Origin: Candidatus Parcubacteria bacterium
GTDB lineage: Bacteria > Patescibacteriota > Minisyncoccia > Phycocordibacterales > EsbW-18
Direction: 5' to 3'
Assembly: GCA_039798445.1 (NCBI GenBank)
Contig: JBDKFZ010000017.1
Coordinates: 4,195 to 68,194, forward strand
Length of the DNA: 64,000 nt
Shown here: positions 27,817 to 37,665 of the stretch, piece by piece
How positions within the stretch are numbered: the first letter of the stretch is position 1
Layout of the letters: the number at the start of each line of letters is the position of its first letter
The notes under the pieces: model-generated
Database searches by the model: none
The model's input: only the letters and a program-made list of their open reading frames with translations
Told to the model about the DNA's origin: nothing
Position numbers and translations under genes: made by a program

Positions 27817-29862
27817 ATGTCAGCTTTTAAACTCACAAGTGAATTCGAGCCCGCAGGCGATCAGATCAAGGCCATCAAAGACCTCACCGCAGGTCTTGAG
27901 GCGGGGAAGCGTCACCAGACGCTCTTGGGCGTGACTGGCTCTGGTAAGACGTTCACCGCGGCCAACCTCATCGCCAACGTCGACAAACCGACGCTTGTTA
28001 TTGCGCACAACAAGACGCTCGCCGCTCAGCTCGCCCAAGAGTATCGAGACTTTTTTCCTGATGCTGCGGTGCAGTATTTCGTTTCGTATTACGACTACTA
28101 CCAGCCCGAAGCCTACGTGCCGGTGACGGATACGTATATCGAAAAAGAGTCGATGATTAACGAAGAGATCGAACGTTTGCGTCATGCCGCAACACAAGCA
28201 CTGCTCACGCGTCGTGATGTCATCGTTGTTGCATCGGTCTCGTGTATCTACGGTCTCGGAAATCCGGAGGAGTATCAGAAGTTCCACCTCAAGCTTGATG
28301 TTGGAGATCATCATCCGCGCGCGGAGCTTATTCGCGAGTTGATTCGCATTTACTTCCAACGAACAAGTACCGATCTCACACCCGGATTCTTTCGTGCAAT
28401 CGGCTCTGCAATCGAAGTAATGCCAACGAACGAAAAGGTCGTCTATCGCATTGAGCTATCAAATGATGAGATTGTTTCGATTCAGACCCTTGATGCGGTT
28501 TCTCGTATGGTTCGTGCTGAACCAAAAACACTTTTCATATTCCCTGCAAAACACTTCGTTTCAACCGAAGACCAAGTCAAAAGGGCAATCGAGAGTATTA
28601 AAGCAGAATTGGTTGATCAGCTTGCCAAGTTTGAGAAAGAAGGGAAGCTTCTCGAAGCAGAACGTCTCAAGCGTCGCACCACGTATGACATTGCGATGAT
28701 TCGCGAGGTTGGCTATGCGTCAGGTATCGAGAACTATTCGCGCCACTTTGACGGCCGTGCTCCTGGAGAACCGCCGTTTACGCTCATTTCATATTTCCCA
28801 AAGAAGGCAGACGGAACACCGGACTTTTTGACCATCATCGATGAGTCGCACGTCACCATTCCACAGATTGGTGGTATGTATGCCGGTGATCGTTCGCGCA
28901 AAGAGACGCTCGTTGAGCACGGATTCCGTCTTCCGTCGGCAATCGACAACCGCCCGCTTACATTTGATGAATTTGATAAGAGAATTGGACAGGTCGTATA
29001 CACCTCTGCCACTCCCGCATCATATGAGCTTGAGCACAGTGGCAAAGATGGCATCGTCGAGCAAATCATCCGCCCAACAGGCCTTATTGATCCAGAGATT
29101 ATCATCCGCCCGATTCAGTCCAAGGGTGACTATCAGGGACAGGTGCGCGATTTTATTACTGAGTCCAAGAAAGTTATCGCTACAGGTGCACGCGTTCTCG
29201 CAACGACGCTCACCAAGAAGATGGCTGAAGATCTCTCGGAGTATCTCAAAGAAGAGGGAATTAAGGCGGTCTATCTTCACAGTGATGTGAAGACTATTGA
29301 ACGCATTGAGATCCTCACGAAGTTCCGCCGAGGAGAATTCGACATGATCGTTGGTGTGAACCTGCTCCGTGAAGGATTGGACCTTCCTGAAGTCGAGCTT
29401 ATTGGTATCCTCGATGCCGATAAAGAAGGATTCCTTCGTTCGGAGACATCACTCATCCAGACCATTGGTCGTGCGGCGCGTAACGTCTTGGGTCGCGTCA
29501 TCCTTTATGCCGATGTCATGACCGGTTCGATGGAGAAAGCGATTGGTGAGACCAACCGTCGCCGTGCGATTCAGATCGCATACAACACGAAGCATGGCAT
29601 CACACCGATGACCATTAAAAAGAAGATCTCAGACATCACCGATGTGCTTGCCCGCGAACGTCAAGAGACGCTTGAAGAACTTGTTGCGATGGATACAAAG
29701 TCTGGAGGAACTATCAAACAAGTGATCAAACGAAAAGAAGCCGAGATGAGCGAAGCGGTGAAAGTGCTCGACTTTGAAACTGCAGCGCTTTTGCGTGACG
29801 AGATTGCAAAGCTTGAAGGGCTCAGTGGGGGAGCGACGAAGACGAAGAAGTCGAAGAAATAA
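27817..29862 (+). CDS. uvrB: excinuclease ABC subunit B
   Basis: FKLTSEFEPAGDQIKAI, Walker A GVTGSGKT, helicase motifs, C-terminal UVR domain ETAALLRDEIAKLE. Start set at ATG 27817. Confidence 0.95.
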   Translation: MSAFKLTSEFEPAGDQIKAIKDLTAGLEAGKRHQTLLGVTGSGKTFTAANLIANVDKPTLVIAHNKTLAAQLAQEYRDFFPDAAVQYFVSYYDYYQPEAYVPVTDTYIEKESMINEEIERLRHAATQALLTRRDVIVVASVSCIYGLGNPEEYQKFHLKLDVGDHHPRAELIRELIRIYFQRTSTDLTPGFFRAIGSAIEVMPTNEKVVYRIELSNDEIVSIQTLDAVSRMVRAEPKTLFIFPAKHFVSTEDQVKRAIESIKAELVDQLAKFEKEGKLLEAERLKRRTTYDIAMIREVGYASGIENYSRHFDGRAPGEPPFTLISYFPKKADGTPDFLTIIDESHVTIPQIGGMYAGDRSRKETLVEHGFRLPSAIDNRPLTFDEFDKRIGQVVYTSATPASYELEHSGKDGIVEQIIRPTGLIDPEIIIRPIQSKGDYQGQVRDFITESKKVIATGARVLATTLTKKMAEDLSEYLKEEGIKAVYLHSDVKTIERIEILTKFRRGEFDMIVGVNLLREGLDLPEVELIGILDADKEGFLRSETSLIQTIGRAARNVLGRVILYADVMTGSMEKAIGETNRRRAIQIAYNTKHGITPMTIKKKISDITDVLARERQETLEELVAMDTKSGGTIKQVIKRKEAEMSEAVKVLDFETAALLRDEIAKLEGLSGGATKTKKSKK

Positions 29863-29873
29863 ATCGCAGAGTG

Positions 29874-29902
29874 TTGACGATTTGCGTAATGTGGCCTATA
29901 GT
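29874..29902 (+). promoter_or_regulatory. near-consensus sigma70 promoter (TTGACG-N17-TATAGT)
   Basis: Directly after the uvrB stop; drives the 157-aa orphan gene. Confidence 0.5.
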
Positions 29903-29955
29903 CTTTTTGGAGTACGCCCAGCACTAGGCTGGCCGACAACGCATCAAAGGGGGAC

Positions 29956-30429
29956 ATGGTGGTAAAGATTCCCGGGTTTCCAAAGGTCGTGGTTTTCGAG
30001 AACTATCCTCGGCTTGATGCCAGGGGAGGCTTCCAGCTTCAGGCTCGACTTCCGCCGGAATTTCCTCACAGACCGCAGAGGCTGGTCATCGTTCCCGACA
30101 GTCATGGTCCCATTCCAGTGCAGACCGGTGTTCCGTATGAGATCGAGTTCTGCATGTTCCTCGGGAAGACCCGTCGGTGGTCGATCATGGCCCTGGTCAA
30201 AGCGTTGCGGGTGAGCGACGTTCATCCCGAGCCGGTGGTGTTCACCCCTGAAATTCAAGCGCCGAAACGGCGCGTGAAGCCGCCGCTTCGGGCACTGCCA
30301 CGGCCTCCGTTGCCCTCCGTGACGACGGAAGATCTGGTGCGGAGGAATATTCCGTTCATTCCTCTCGACCGGAGCGAGCCGCAGAGACGGCATTTCAAGC
30401 CCTCGGCACGGCCGAGGATGCGCGCGTAG
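29956..30429 (+). CDS. hypothetical Pro/Arg-rich protein (157 aa), higher GC (about 59%)
   Basis: Own promoter and terminator; inserted between uvrB and uvrA; no family recognised. Confidence 0.5.
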   Translation: MVVKIPGFPKVVVFENYPRLDARGGFQLQARLPPEFPHRPQRLVIVPDSHGPIPVQTGVPYEIEFCMFLGKTRRWSIMALVKALRVSDVHPEPVVFTPEIQAPKRRVKPPLRALPRPPLPSVTTEDLVRRNIPFIPLDRSEPQRRHFKPSARPRMRA

Positions 30430-30448
30430 CAAGCCATCGCTTCGCGCA

Positions 30449-30489
30449 AACGGCGGGTCCAACTTCGGACCCGCCGTTCTTCTTTTTAT
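30449..30489 (+). terminator. rho-independent terminator
   Basis: AACGGCGGGTCC-aacttc-GGACCCGCCGTT then CTTCTTTTT. Confidence 0.65.
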
Positions 30490-30550
30490 GGTATATTCAT
30501 TTCACGCATGAGACCCCCCACGAGCAACCAGGGGGCGTTTGGCGTTCTCT

Positions 30551-33247
30551 ATGACAGATAAAAAGCCCCACAAACGAGAGAATCTGGCCTCCATCAAGGC
30601 TCGCCGAAATGATGACATCATTGTCAAAGGCGCTCGTACCCACAATCTCAAGAACATCACCGTCGACATGCCGCGAAACACCATGGTGGTCTTCACGGGT
30701 CTTTCTGGTTCCGGAAAATCATCGCTTGCCTTCGACACCATTTTCGCCGAAGGTCAGCGACGCTACGTTGAATCCCTTTCTGCATATGCACGTCAGTTCA
30801 TCAGCCAGATGCCCAAGCCGGACGTTGATGAGATTATCGGATTGTCGCCGGCCATCTCAATCGACCAGAAGAGCCGTTCAAACAACCCACGCTCGACTGT
30901 TGCAACAATCACCGAAATCTACGACTACCTCCGTATTCTCTATGCGCGCATCGGCACGCCATATTGTTTGATGTGTGGAGAGCCAATCAAACGCCTCACA
31001 CTCGAAGAGATCCAGAATTTCATCATGAATAAGGTCCGCGCTTCGTCAAAAGGATTGAAGCCGCGTAAAGATAAAGATCTTGCCGAAGCGGTGAATGACG
31101 CAGCCTCAGGTGTACCATCGCTCGAGCTCTATGCTCCTGCGGTTCGTGGTCGTAAGGGTGAGTACTATCAGTTGCTCTACGACGCACTTGGTAAGGGATA
31201 CAGTGAGGTGCTTGTTGACGGTGCTCGCAAGAATCTCCGTGAACAGATTCTTCTCGAGAAGAACAAGAAACACGATATCGATATCCTCACTGACCGCATC
31301 GCGCTCGCAGATTTTGCTGACAGTCCTGATGGTGCTCGCGAGCGTCTCCGTGAGGGTCTTGAGCGTGCGATCACCGAATCGTCCGGCTTGGTTCGTATTG
31401 TTTTGCCGGGCGATGAATTCGTAGGTGAACACGTTAACGAGATTGGTACCGTGATGTCATCGAAGTTCGCCTGTAAGAACGACGGATATTCATATCCCGA
31501 GATTGAACCACGTCTTTTCTCTTTCAACAGCCCGTACGGTGCTTGTCCCGAATGTAATGGGTTGGGTACAAAGCATTTCTTTGGGGATGAACCATGTCCG
31601 ATGTGTCAGGGAGCCCGATTGCGTCAAGAAGCCCTCAATGTTCGCATTGGTGGAAAGAATGTGGTTGAAGTCGCAGCACTTTCTGTCTATAAAGCACATG
31701 AGCTTTTTGAATCGCTCGACCTTACACCAAAAGAAAAGGAGATCTCTCACGTCGTGGTTCGCGAAATCAGCGATCGTCTTACGTTCATGAAGAACGTCGG
31801 TATCGGCTACCTCACACTCGACCGCCGTGCACACACGCTCTCGGGTGGTGAAGCACAGCGCATTCGTCTCGCATCACAGCTCGGTTCAGGTCTCGTGGGC
31901 GCGCTCTATGTGCTCGACGAACCGACCATTGGTCTTCACTCACGCGACAACGCGCGTCTCATCCAGACGCTTCTCAATCTCCGTGACCTTGGTAACACCA
32001 TTATTGTCGTTGAACACGATGAAGAGACCATTTTTGCATCGGATTATCTCATCGACATCGGTCCGGGTGCAGGCGTTCATGGCGGCAACGTCGTCGTGTC
32101 AGGATTCCTCGACGATCTTTTGGCGGCCAAGACCAACTCTTCTAAATCGCTGACGCTTTCATATCTCCGTGGCGAAACAATGATTCCGATTCCTGAGACA
32201 CGTCGCACATCGGACAAGGGTGTCATCAAGATCCGCGACGCTAATGCTTTCAATATTAAGAACATGAATGTCGATTTTCCGCTTGGTCGATTCCTCGTTA
32301 TCACGGGAGTCTCGGGTTCAGGAAAGTCCACCCTCATGTACGAGGTGCTTTACAAGAACCTTCAGGCTCGTTTCGAACGCAAGTATCGCTCGGCACAAAT
32401 ATTTAACTGCGCATCAATCACGGGTCTCGAATATGCATCACGTACCATCCTCATCGATCAGTCACCGATCGGGCGTACTTCGCGCTCGAATCCTGCCACA
32501 TACACCGGCGCGTTCACGCACATCCGTGACATGTTCGCAGCAACAGCAGAAGCCCGCGCACGCGGATGGAAGGCTAATCGTTTTTCGTTCAACGTAAAAG
32601 GCGGACGCTGTGAGGCGTGTGAAGGAAAGGGTGAGATCGCTGTTGAGATGCACTTCTTGCCGACTGTGTATGTGACGTGTGATATCTGTAACGGCAAGCG
32701 CTTTATGCGCGAGACGCTCGAAGTGGAATATAAAGGCAAGAACATCCACGATGTCCTCTCAATGACCGTCGAGGAGTCCATTGCATTTTTTGAGGATATC
32801 CCCGCAATCTATGATCGCCTTCGAACACTCTTTGATGTGGGTCTTGGCTACCTCCAGCTTGGACAATCGGCGACGACGCTTTCGGGTGGTGAGTCACAGC
32901 GTGTAAAGATCTCATCTGAGCTTTATCGTCCTCACGTTCACAAGACCATCTATCTTCTCGACGAACCAACAATTGGTCTCCACTATGAAGACGTTCGTAA
33001 GTTGATTGAAATTCTCCAGACGCTTGTTGCAAAAGGGAACACCGTCATGCTCATTGAGCACAACATGGATATCATCAAGAGCGCCGACTACGTTGTCGAC
33101 ATTGGACCGGAAGGCGGTATCGAAGGTGGAAAGCTCGTCGCATTCGGTACGCCCGAAGAAGTTGCCCAGAGCGGTACGTACACCGGTGACTATCTCAAGA
33201 AAGCATTGAAGCAGAAAGTGAAGGGGAAGGAGAAGGGATCCAAATAA
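30551..33247 (+). CDS. uvrA: excinuclease ABC subunit A
   Basis: Two ABC ATPase modules ([12 protein letters not shown]; [12 protein letters not shown]; two LSGGE signatures), zinc fingers ([14 protein letters not shown]; [17 protein letters not shown]). Track ORF starts at TTG 30539; ATG 30551 preferred. Confidence 0.95.
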   Translation: MTDKKPHKRENLASIKARRNDDIIVKGARTHNLKNITVDMPRNTMVVFTGLSGSGKSSLAFDTIFAEGQRRYVESLSAYARQFISQMPKPDVDEIIGLSPAISIDQKSRSNNPRSTVATITEIYDYLRILYARIGTPYCLMCGEPIKRLTLEEIQNFIMNKVRASSKGLKPRKDKDLAEAVNDAASGVPSLELYAPAVRGRKGEYYQLLYDALGKGYSEVLVDGARKNLREQILLEKNKKHDIDILTDRIALADFADSPDGARERLREGLERAITESSGLVRIVLPGDEFVGEHVNEIGTVMSSKFACKNDGYSYPEIEPRLFSFNSPYGACPECNGLGTKHFFGDEPCPMCQGARLRQEALNVRIGGKNVVEVAALSVYKAHELFESLDLTPKEKEISHVVVREISDRLTFMKNVGIGYLTLDRRAHTLSGGEAQRIRLASQLGSGLVGALYVLDEPTIGLHSRDNARLIQTLLNLRDLGNTIIVVEHDEETIFASDYLIDIGPGAGVHGGNVVVSGFLDDLLAAKTNSSKSLTLSYLRGETMIPIPETRRTSDKGVIKIRDANAFNIKNMNVDFPLGRFLVITGVSGSGKSTLMYEVLYKNLQARFERKYRSAQIFNCASITGLEYASRTILIDQSPIGRTSRSNPATYTGAFTHIRDMFAATAEARARGWKANRFSFNVKGGRCEACEGKGEIAVEMHFLPTVYVTCDICNGKRFMRETLEVEYKGKNIHDVLSMTVEESIAFFEDIPAIYDRLRTLFDVGLGYLQLGQSATTLSGGESQRVKISSELYRPHVHKTIYLLDEPTIGLHYEDVRKLIEILQTLVAKGNTVMLIEHNMDIIKSADYVVDIGPEGGIEGGKLVAFGTPEEVAQSGTYTGDYLKKALKQKVKGKEKGSK

Positions 33248-33321
33248 AAAACGAACCCACCACAATCGGAATCGAACCGAAAGGGGTGGGTAAGGCGGGG
33301 AGAGCGGTGAACGATGGAAGA

Positions 33322-33621
33322 TCAGTCGATATGGCCGTCGCTCATGTCACGGCCGACATCAACGAAACCCGGATTGGCGCGCTCCTTGATGGTGAGGACT
33401 TCACTGACCATCTTCTGGAGCTCGCCGAAGAGTTTCTCGGCCTCCGGGCCAATCGGTGCATCTCCCGGGGCGTTGATGTTCATGGCTCTACCGAGGCGTC
33501 TTGTGGCTTCGTTGTAGATGCGCCGGTCTTTCCCGGACATCTTGAGAAGGGCCTCCCCCATGCGGCCGAGGCCGTCATGGTCGAAGAACAGGAATTCTTG
33601 CACGTCACGAGTAGTGCTCAT
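33322..33621 (-). CDS. hypothetical protein (99 aa), higher GC
   Basis: AGGAGA Shine-Dalgarno 6 nt upstream; hairpin plus T-tract downstream on the minus strand; sits between uvrA and uvrC on the opposite strand. Confidence 0.5.
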   Translation of the reverse strand: MSTTRDVQEFLFFDHDGLGRMGEALLKMSGKDRRIYNEATRRLGRAMNINAPGDAPIGPEAEKLFGELQKMVSEVLTIKERANPGFVDVGRDMSDGHID

Positions 33622-33684
33622 GATTGGTCTCCTTGAGCCGAAAGCGTCCTACGTCTGAACAAACTCTATGGTATAATCGCAAAA

Positions 33685-34902
33685 ATGTCAATTACGCTCG
33701 AAAAACTAAAAAAGCTTCCAGACACGCCCGGCGTCTATCTTTTCAAGAAAGGAAAAGAGATTTTGTACGTGGGCAAAGCCACATCGCTCAAGAGTCGTGT
33801 GAGGAGTTATCTTCTCGAATCGGCAGCGATTTCTCGCGGACCCAAAATTCCTAAACTCATTAGCGAAGCGGTGCGTGTCGACTTTGAAGAGACTGATACA
33901 GTGCTCGAAGCGCTCATCCGTGAGGCTGCGCTCATCAAACGTCATCAGCCGCCGTACAACGTTCTCGAGAAGAGCGATGCGAGCTACAACTATGTTGTGA
34001 TTACTGACGAAGCATATCCGCGTGTTTTCACGATTCGCGAGCGTGAGCTCCGCACAACTCCGCTCAAGACGCTCGAGATGTACGGACCATTCCCATACGG
34101 CACACAGCTTCGTGATGCGATGAAGATCATCCGCAAGATATTTCCATACCGCGGCAAGACCGATGCGCCGATTGCTCGGGGTAAACAGCGCGTCTCACGA
34201 TTTTATGAAGAGCTCGGTCTCGCTCCCAAAGCCGCTACGGCTGAGGATCAAAAAGCATATGCTCGTACAATCCGCCATTTGCGTATGTTCTTCGAAGGAA
34301 AGAAGACAAAGCTGATTGCTGAACTCGAACGTGAGATGAAGCGTCACGCGCGTGCAAAGGAGTTTGAAGCAGCGGCTGCAATCAAGCGTCAGGTCTTTGC
34401 GCTTCAGCACATCAATGACATCGCACTCATTAAACGCACGAGCGAAACACCTTTTGCATACCGCATCGAAGCGTACGATATCGCTCACACGTCAGGTACT
34501 GATGTTGTCGGCGTGATGACGGTTGTTGAGGGTGGGGAAGCCGCCAAGAACGAATACCGCATGTTCAAAATTAAGGGCGATGGTAGTAAACGCTTTGTGA
34601 ACGATACTGGTGCACTCACCGAGACGCTCGAACGCCGTTTTGGTCATCCAGAATGGGCATATCCTCGCCTCATCGCTGTTGATGGCGGTGTCGCTCAACA
34701 GAATGCGGCAAAGCGAGTTCTCGATGAGCTTGGCATCGCTATTCCCATTGTCGCCGTCACCAAGAACGAACGCCACCGCCCTGAGAGGATTTTGGGCGAT
34801 GCGGCCATTGTTCAACAGCACGGTTCAGCTATTCTTTTGGCCAATAGTGAAGCGCATCGTTTTGCGATCGGTTTTCACCGAAGACGAAGAGGAATTATCT
34901 AA
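33685..34902 (+). CDS. uvrC: excinuclease ABC subunit C, short form
   Basis: GIY-YIG (PGVYLFKKGKEILYVGKATSLKSRVRSY), UVR motif (EFEAAAAIKRQ), RNase H-like endonuclease domain (IEAYDIAHTSGTDVVGVMTVV). Only 405 aa, no HhH. TGgTATAAT extended -10 ends 8 nt before the ATG. Confidence 0.85.
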   Translation: MSITLEKLKKLPDTPGVYLFKKGKEILYVGKATSLKSRVRSYLLESAAISRGPKIPKLISEAVRVDFEETDTVLEALIREAALIKRHQPPYNVLEKSDASYNYVVITDEAYPRVFTIRERELRTTPLKTLEMYGPFPYGTQLRDAMKIIRKIFPYRGKTDAPIARGKQRVSRFYEELGLAPKAATAEDQKAYARTIRHLRMFFEGKKTKLIAELEREMKRHARAKEFEAAAAIKRQVFALQHINDIALIKRTSETPFAYRIEAYDIAHTSGTDVVGVMTVVEGGEAAKNEYRMFKIKGDGSKRFVNDTGALTETLERRFGHPEWAYPRLIAVDGGVAQQNAAKRVLDELGIAIPIVAVTKNERHRPERILGDAAIVQQHGSAILLANSEAHRFAIGFHRRRRGII

Positions 34903-35097
34903 GCTTTTGCTTCGCCAAAGTAATGTGCTATGCTCCGTCCGGATTACGTAGGAGGGGTGCCTTCACGAACGAACAGGGCAAAGCCACCAACCGACCGTCC
35001 TTGCTGATCACAGGGATATTACGCGACCTCTTCAGGCGCGTCCCACAATCGTTGATGCCCGACGAAATGATAACGCGAAAGCCACTGCCCCCTCTCG

Positions 35098-35133
35098 GGA
35101 CCGTCCAGGATGCATACTGGACGGTCCTTTTTC
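35098..35133 (+). terminator. strong rho-independent terminator 23 nt upstream of ddl
   Basis: GGACCGTCCAG-gatgcata-CTGGACGGTCC then TTTTTCTTTTTT. Confidence 0.7.
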
Positions 35134-35155
35134 TTTTTTACGATATACTATCCGC

Positions 35156-36124
35156 ATGAGTAAACTCCGTGTTGCCGTGCTTCGTGGTGGTCCAAGCAAT
35201 GAGTATGATGTGTCGCTCAAAACAGGGGCGACCGTCTTGAAGCATCTCGATCGCGAGAAGTATCAGCCACTCGATGTTTTTATTGATAAAAATGCTTCAT
35301 GGCATGTCGATGGTGTTGTAACAAATCCGCTCGACCTTCGTCATCGCGTTGACGTTGCGTGGAACGCTCTTCATGGATCGTATGGCGAGGACGGGGAAGT
35401 TCAGCGGCTTCTCGAATCGATTGATCTTCCGTACACCGGTTCTGGTGTCGTTGCATCTGCGGTAGCGATGCACAAAGCAAAAGCAAAAGAAGTATTCGTT
35501 CGACACGGTCTCTCGGTTGCTCCGGGTATTGAGGTGGAACTATCGGTCATCGATGACGGAGATGTCCGTGAGATCTTCCGAACGCTCCCGCCTCCCTACA
35601 TTGTGAAGCCTGTCTCGAGCGGTTCATCGGTCGGCATGTCCGTCGCGCATTCAATCAGTGAGCTTCATGATGCGCTTATGCGTGCCAATGAACAGTCGTC
35701 GAATGTGCTCATCGAATCGATGGTGCGGGGCAGGGAGGCGACGTGTGGAATCATCGACGGTTATCGAGGTGAGAAATTCTACGCGCTCATGCCAATCGAG
35801 ATTGTGCCACCAACCGACGCATCGTTCTTCGATTACAGCGCAAAATACTCCGGCACAAGCCAAGAGATCTGCCCGGGACGATTCTCACGAGAAGAAACAA
35901 ATGCTATTCAAGAGGCAGCGCGCACCGCACACGAGGCGCTTGGCGCACGGCACTACTCACGCTCCGATTTCATCGTTACTCCAAAAGGAAAGCCATATAT
36001 CCTCGAGACCAACACCTTGCCTGGTCTCACCGAAGAATCGCTCGTGCCAAAAGCACTTGCTGCAGCAGGATGTTCGCTAAAGGAATTTTTGGACCACGTC
36101 ATCAAGCAGGCGGCGAGAAGCTAG
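35156..36124 (+). CDS. ddl: D-alanine--D-alanine ligase
   Basis: MSKLRVAVLRGGPSNEYDVSLKTG, ATP-grasp motifs; 322 aa. TATACT -10 7 nt upstream of ATG. Confidence 0.95.
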   Translation: MSKLRVAVLRGGPSNEYDVSLKTGATVLKHLDREKYQPLDVFIDKNASWHVDGVVTNPLDLRHRVDVAWNALHGSYGEDGEVQRLLESIDLPYTGSGVVASAVAMHKAKAKEVFVRHGLSVAPGIEVELSVIDDGDVREIFRTLPPPYIVKPVSSGSSVGMSVAHSISELHDALMRANEQSSNVLIESMVRGREATCGIIDGYRGEKFYALMPIEIVPPTDASFFDYSAKYSGTSQEICPGRFSREETNAIQEAARTAHEALGARHYSRSDFIVTPKGKPYILETNTLPGLTEESLVPKALAAAGCSLKEFLDHVIKQAARS

Positions 36125-36154
36125 AGCTCTGGATGATACAAAATCTGAGACGGG

Positions 36155-37630
36155 CTACTCTTGCGTCAATTTTGTAACAATTGACTTCAAATCTTCGAGA
36201 GTTGAGGTCGTTATTGGCAGAGAGCTCGCTGTGTTGTTCGATTCTGTAAAAAAATGCCGTCGGATCCGAGATGCTGCCTTGAATATTGTTGGGTCATCTT
36301 GGTGATCGTCTCTCATGAGAGCACTGAGCCGATTCCACATCATCTGTGGATGATCCATCCCTTTCCCGGCTATAGCTTCAAGTATAAAACGGGCCGTTTT
36401 CTGATCATCGTTTAGGGGGAGCTCTAATTCATCGAGGACGTCTATATATGTCTTAACCATGTTTCGGTATGTCTCAGCTTGGTCTGCGGTGGTTTCTTCG
36501 GGACTGTCGATACAGACGATGGGCATCGTCATTGGTGTCGATCCGGTGAGTTTGTGAACTCTTGCGAGCAACTGCACATCAAAGGCAAGTGAAGGGTTTT
36601 TGTCATCAAGCTCAATGAGTTGTCGAACGATATCGCTTCGGAATGCTTTAAAGCCAGCCTGCGTATCTCGGGGAAGGATTCCCTCGAAGAGATAGGCTCG
36701 CAGTGAACCGATGAGAGCTTTCATCCGACGCTTGCTTGGGTCGTGAGAATCTGACGAAACATCTTCGGTGAAGGATCGTTCGTGACGGCGATTAGCTACG
36801 ACTGAGACACTGCTCCCAGTGATGATTGGGTATACGAGAGAGCCGACCATCCCGAGGTCGTAGGAGAGATCGGCATCGGTGTAGACGATGATATCTGCGT
36901 CATGGTCTTCAATGGCCAATGCCATTCCTGCATATACCGACCCAGACTTCTTACTATCTGTGGCTGAGTTCAGATTGGAGACAGAGCGGGACGCCAAAGA
37001 GAGCGGGTCTTTGTAGGAGTTTCTGATTATCTCATCAAGCTCATACACGGATTCGGTATCAGCTTGGCGATTGTTTGCTTCAAGAACTTGGCGTACGAGT
37101 AGAGCGCTTTGCTGGTTGCATCCATCATCCATGTATATCGTCACAAATTTATTGAGTGGATTGGCTTTTTTGAGCCAATCAATTTGTGCTGCTTTTTCAT
37201 AAACAAAATCCTCACCATTCGGATGAGGTTCATGTCCCTCGGGGGTATTCCAAACTTTATCTGGAGCTGTTTTCTCACCGCGGGGGCGGATTCGAGTCAT
37301 TTCTCGAAACGTGGGGACTACGACGGCGATACGGAGCGGTATCTGTACGCTCATCATGCATGCTTTTGACAGCGCAAGTTTGACGATGAGGTGCTGTGCC
37401 AAGGTCTGAGCCCTTCTTGATCGGCTAGAAAGAGCCCGATCGAGAGCGTCAAGCTTTCCGATATCGTAATCACTTGCCTCGAGGATGATATCCGCCTGCT
37501 CGCGCGCCCACCGAAAGAATTCCGATGAACGTGTGTCTTGCGAAGGGGAAACAGCCTTTTTCAAGAGCTCACCAAGCACGTCTTTTTGGATCAAAAGACT
37601 GCTGAGACGACTTGCGATACTCATGAACAT
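36155..37630 (-). CDS. GT-A fold glycosyltransferase (family 2-like) with N- and C-terminal extensions (491 aa)
   Basis: IAVVVPTFREMTRI, YMDDGCNQQS, IIVYTDADLSYD (DxD), GFKAFRSDI; about 90-aa N-terminal and 120-aa C-terminal extra regions. Confidence 0.6.
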   Translation of the reverse strand: MFMSIASRLSSLLIQKDVLGELLKKAVSPSQDTRSSEFFRWAREQADIILEASDYDIGKLDALDRALSSRSRRAQTLAQHLIVKLALSKACMMSVQIPLRIAVVVPTFREMTRIRPRGEKTAPDKVWNTPEGHEPHPNGEDFVYEKAAQIDWLKKANPLNKFVTIYMDDGCNQQSALLVRQVLEANNRQADTESVYELDEIIRNSYKDPLSLASRSVSNLNSATDSKKSGSVYAGMALAIEDHDADIIVYTDADLSYDLGMVGSLVYPIITGSSVSVVANRRHERSFTEDVSSDSHDPSKRRMKALIGSLRAYLFEGILPRDTQAGFKAFRSDIVRQLIELDDKNPSLAFDVQLLARVHKLTGSTPMTMPIVCIDSPEETTADQAETYRNMVKTYIDVLDELELPLNDDQKTARFILEAIAGKGMDHPQMMWNRLSALMRDDHQDDPTIFKAASRIRRHFFTESNNTASSLPITTSTLEDLKSIVTKLTQE

Positions 37631-37665
37631 AAAAGGAAAGAAAGAGCGTCTCCGAGGAGTAGAGA

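Noticed and set aside
30502-30741. 79-aa minus-strand ORF over the uvrA start
   Set aside because: Antisense to uvrA's conserved N-terminus; no signals.
34903-35140. Cobalamin riboswitch (GCCACTG B12-box-like string)
   Set aside because: Other conserved cobalamin-riboswitch elements (GGTGCC...AGGGAA...GGTG..AA.CC) are not present in the right order, and ddl is not a plausible B12-regulated gene.
34923-35159. 78-aa ORF in the uvrC-ddl spacer
   Set aside because: No Shine-Dalgarno; the reading frame runs through an 11-bp terminator hairpin and T-tract; interpreted as structured RNA/UTR instead.
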